From positions 8,134,384 to 8,173,485 of the forward strand of contig JBOZIK010000001.1 in assembly GCA_051453625.1 (NCBI GenBank): 39,102 nt of DNA. The letters are read 5' to 3'. Source of the stretch: Welwitschia mirabilis. Lineage: Eukaryota. The position numbers and the translations under genes were made by a program. Within the stretch, counting starts at the first letter, position 1; every line of letters starts with the position of its first letter. The notes under the pieces are model-generated. The model ran no database searches. It was not told where the DNA came from and saw only the letters and a program-made list of their open reading frames with translations. Positions 37,439 to 39,102 of this stretch are shown one piece after another.

Positions 37439-38728
37439 TTGAAAAGTTCTCATTTAAGACATGATAGGATTAACCTCTAGTTGAATGTCAAGACACTATC
37501 CTTCACCAGATCTTTGATCAAATATGCTATTTGCTAGTGGTATTTTCATTTCAAAATGAAGCATTTGTTCCCAAAAATTCTAAAATAACTTGCTTTTTGC
37601 TTTTCACCTTAACATAGTTCATATGGACTGTTTTTGGTACAGGGTCTCATAGATTCTATCATACATATAGTGGGTTGTATTTCCTGCTTTAACAAAACAT
37701 ACATGAGGTAGTTTAGATTCACTTAAATAAGTTTTGAGGCATCATTAAGAACTTTGTTTCTTCTCTCAGCTTACCCCTTTTGTTGAGGAGTCTTGAGATG
37801 GGGAAAAAAAATGAGGAAATATGTCATTTTTGTTATAGTATTGCTACAACTTACCAAACCCAAATTCTCCACTGTGATCTGATCGGAGAGTCATGATAGT
37901 CTACCTCTTTTTATTCTGTATCTTATTGGCAATCTTGACAAAGTGATAAAAAACCTTCTCATCTTTGTTACATAGATAAACCAACCCAATGAAAACTTCA
38001 AAAATCTTAAATAATAACAAAAGTAGCTCCTGTTATGAAGGGCTTCTTCTATGGGTGGGACCTATTAGAACCATGTGAAGATAAACCAACCCAATGAAAA
38101 CTTGAAAAATCTTAAATAATAACAAAAGTACCTCCTGTTATGAAGGGCTTCTTCTATGGGTGGGACCTATTAGAACCATGTGAAGAATATCCAATGGTCA
38201 ACCTGATGTAATGTCTTTCTTGCTGTTGGAATAAGTTTGTTTTGGTTACCCACTTACAAGCAGGACAAGAGTTTAAGTATTCAATTCAGGCACGCCTTAG
38301 ACTACCTCCTCATGAGAAATCTTCGTTAGATTTTTCTAGTTTAACAGGCCAAGTCTTCTATGTCAAAGGAAGCCCTCCACCACGTTATCCAAGTAATAAT
38401 CTTCATTTTGTGAATCAACATCTGCAGTTGGGCATAAATTTCCTCATCTCCTTCCAACTACAATGTTGTTAGTAATTTCATTAAATATTTTACATTTATG
38501 CTTAAGAGAACTTTGTTACCTTTGCCACTCATATGGGCTATGCTCAATGATTTATGTTTTAGCCCACTTACACTTAGAATGTCAGCTATTTTAGAATAAG
38601 AAACAATACCCTTAACAATGCTTTTTGCTTTTCTATTATCACGAAAGGATAATGCATGTCCCTTGTAATCTGCAAGATAGCAGAATCATGATCTATATCT
38701 AGTCATATCAGAAGAGCAACCATAGTCA
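37439..38728 (-). mobile_element. Degenerate Copia (SIRE/Maximus-like) protease-integrase region
   Basis: Minus translation DYGCSSDMTRYRS*F..YKGHALSFRDNRKAKSIVKG..SGLKHKSLSIAHMSGKG (compare DSGCSRHMTGD...GLKHNLLSISQLCDKG), L*HRRLG, CPAC, PLDILHMVLIGPT, LRSDHSGEF ~37890-37863. Confidence 0.85.
37974..38186. repeat. 105-bp tandem duplication within the integrase
   Basis: The unit AGATAAACCAACCC...CCATGTGA starts at 37974 and again at 38079. Two substitutions seen. Confidence 0.95.
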
Positions 38729-39102
38729 TGTTACAAATCTAACAACAAGAAAGTGCTTGAACAAAATGGAACAACAGGCACACAAAAGAAACAACACAGA
38801 ATTTAAGTGGTTCGGGCTCTTATTACCCTATGTCCACGAAAAGCAATTTAGAGCTCTATTGATCGATTAGGAGCAAAATGTGTCCAGATACAACAAACAA
38901 CCCTTTAACAGGTTTTTATATCCCTAGGGTTAGGGTTACAAGCCAGTCCCCTTTTACAACTTTAAAGAGGGGTCAATGTTAAAACATAACATTACAATAT
39001 AAATAATATATTTGGCTTTACATACCAACACTCTCCCACTTGAAGACAAATTTCCCATGCCTTCAAAATTAGCTCCTTATAAAACTCAAGAGATGCAATG
39101 CT
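38729..39102 (-). mobile_element. 3' LTR (38729-39030) and PPT of a second Copia, nested in the older element's protease
   Basis: TGTTAC...CCAACA boundaries. The PPT reads AAGTGGGAGAG on minus (39041-39031) immediately before the LTR TG. Confidence 0.8.

Noticed and set aside
18953-37453. Long ORFs of 230-309 aa in the ORF track
   Set aside because: They consist almost entirely of X from N gaps or SLSL/VCVC microsatellite translation.

Overview
Plant (angiosperm-like) nuclear DNA from a gapped draft scaffold; nothing prokaryotic. The only intact host coding sequence is one 301-bp internal exon (23048-23348, +) of an MSP1/ATAD1-type AAA ATPase. No neighbouring exon is visible, so the window is probably two very large TE-filled introns. 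The left ~22 kb is a strongly AT-shifted, CpG-depleted block. It holds an Athila-like Gypsy 5' end (-), an L1-type LINE ORF2 (+), a Copia 5' fragment and a CACTA TnpD pseudogene. Interleaved with these are decayed minus-strand host-gene pieces: an ERF-VII-like AP2 domain, an NPF/PTR-like first exon and a PB1-domain gene. Many 100-N gaps in this block are flanked by diverged direct duplications. The right ~16 kb is less eroded. It holds a near-complete degenerate Copia with two hAT-like insertions, extra LTR-like copies, a (CT)n(GT)n microsatellite, and a minus-strand SIRE-like Copia pol interrupted by a younger Copia. All translations and alignments were done by eye; no database search was run.
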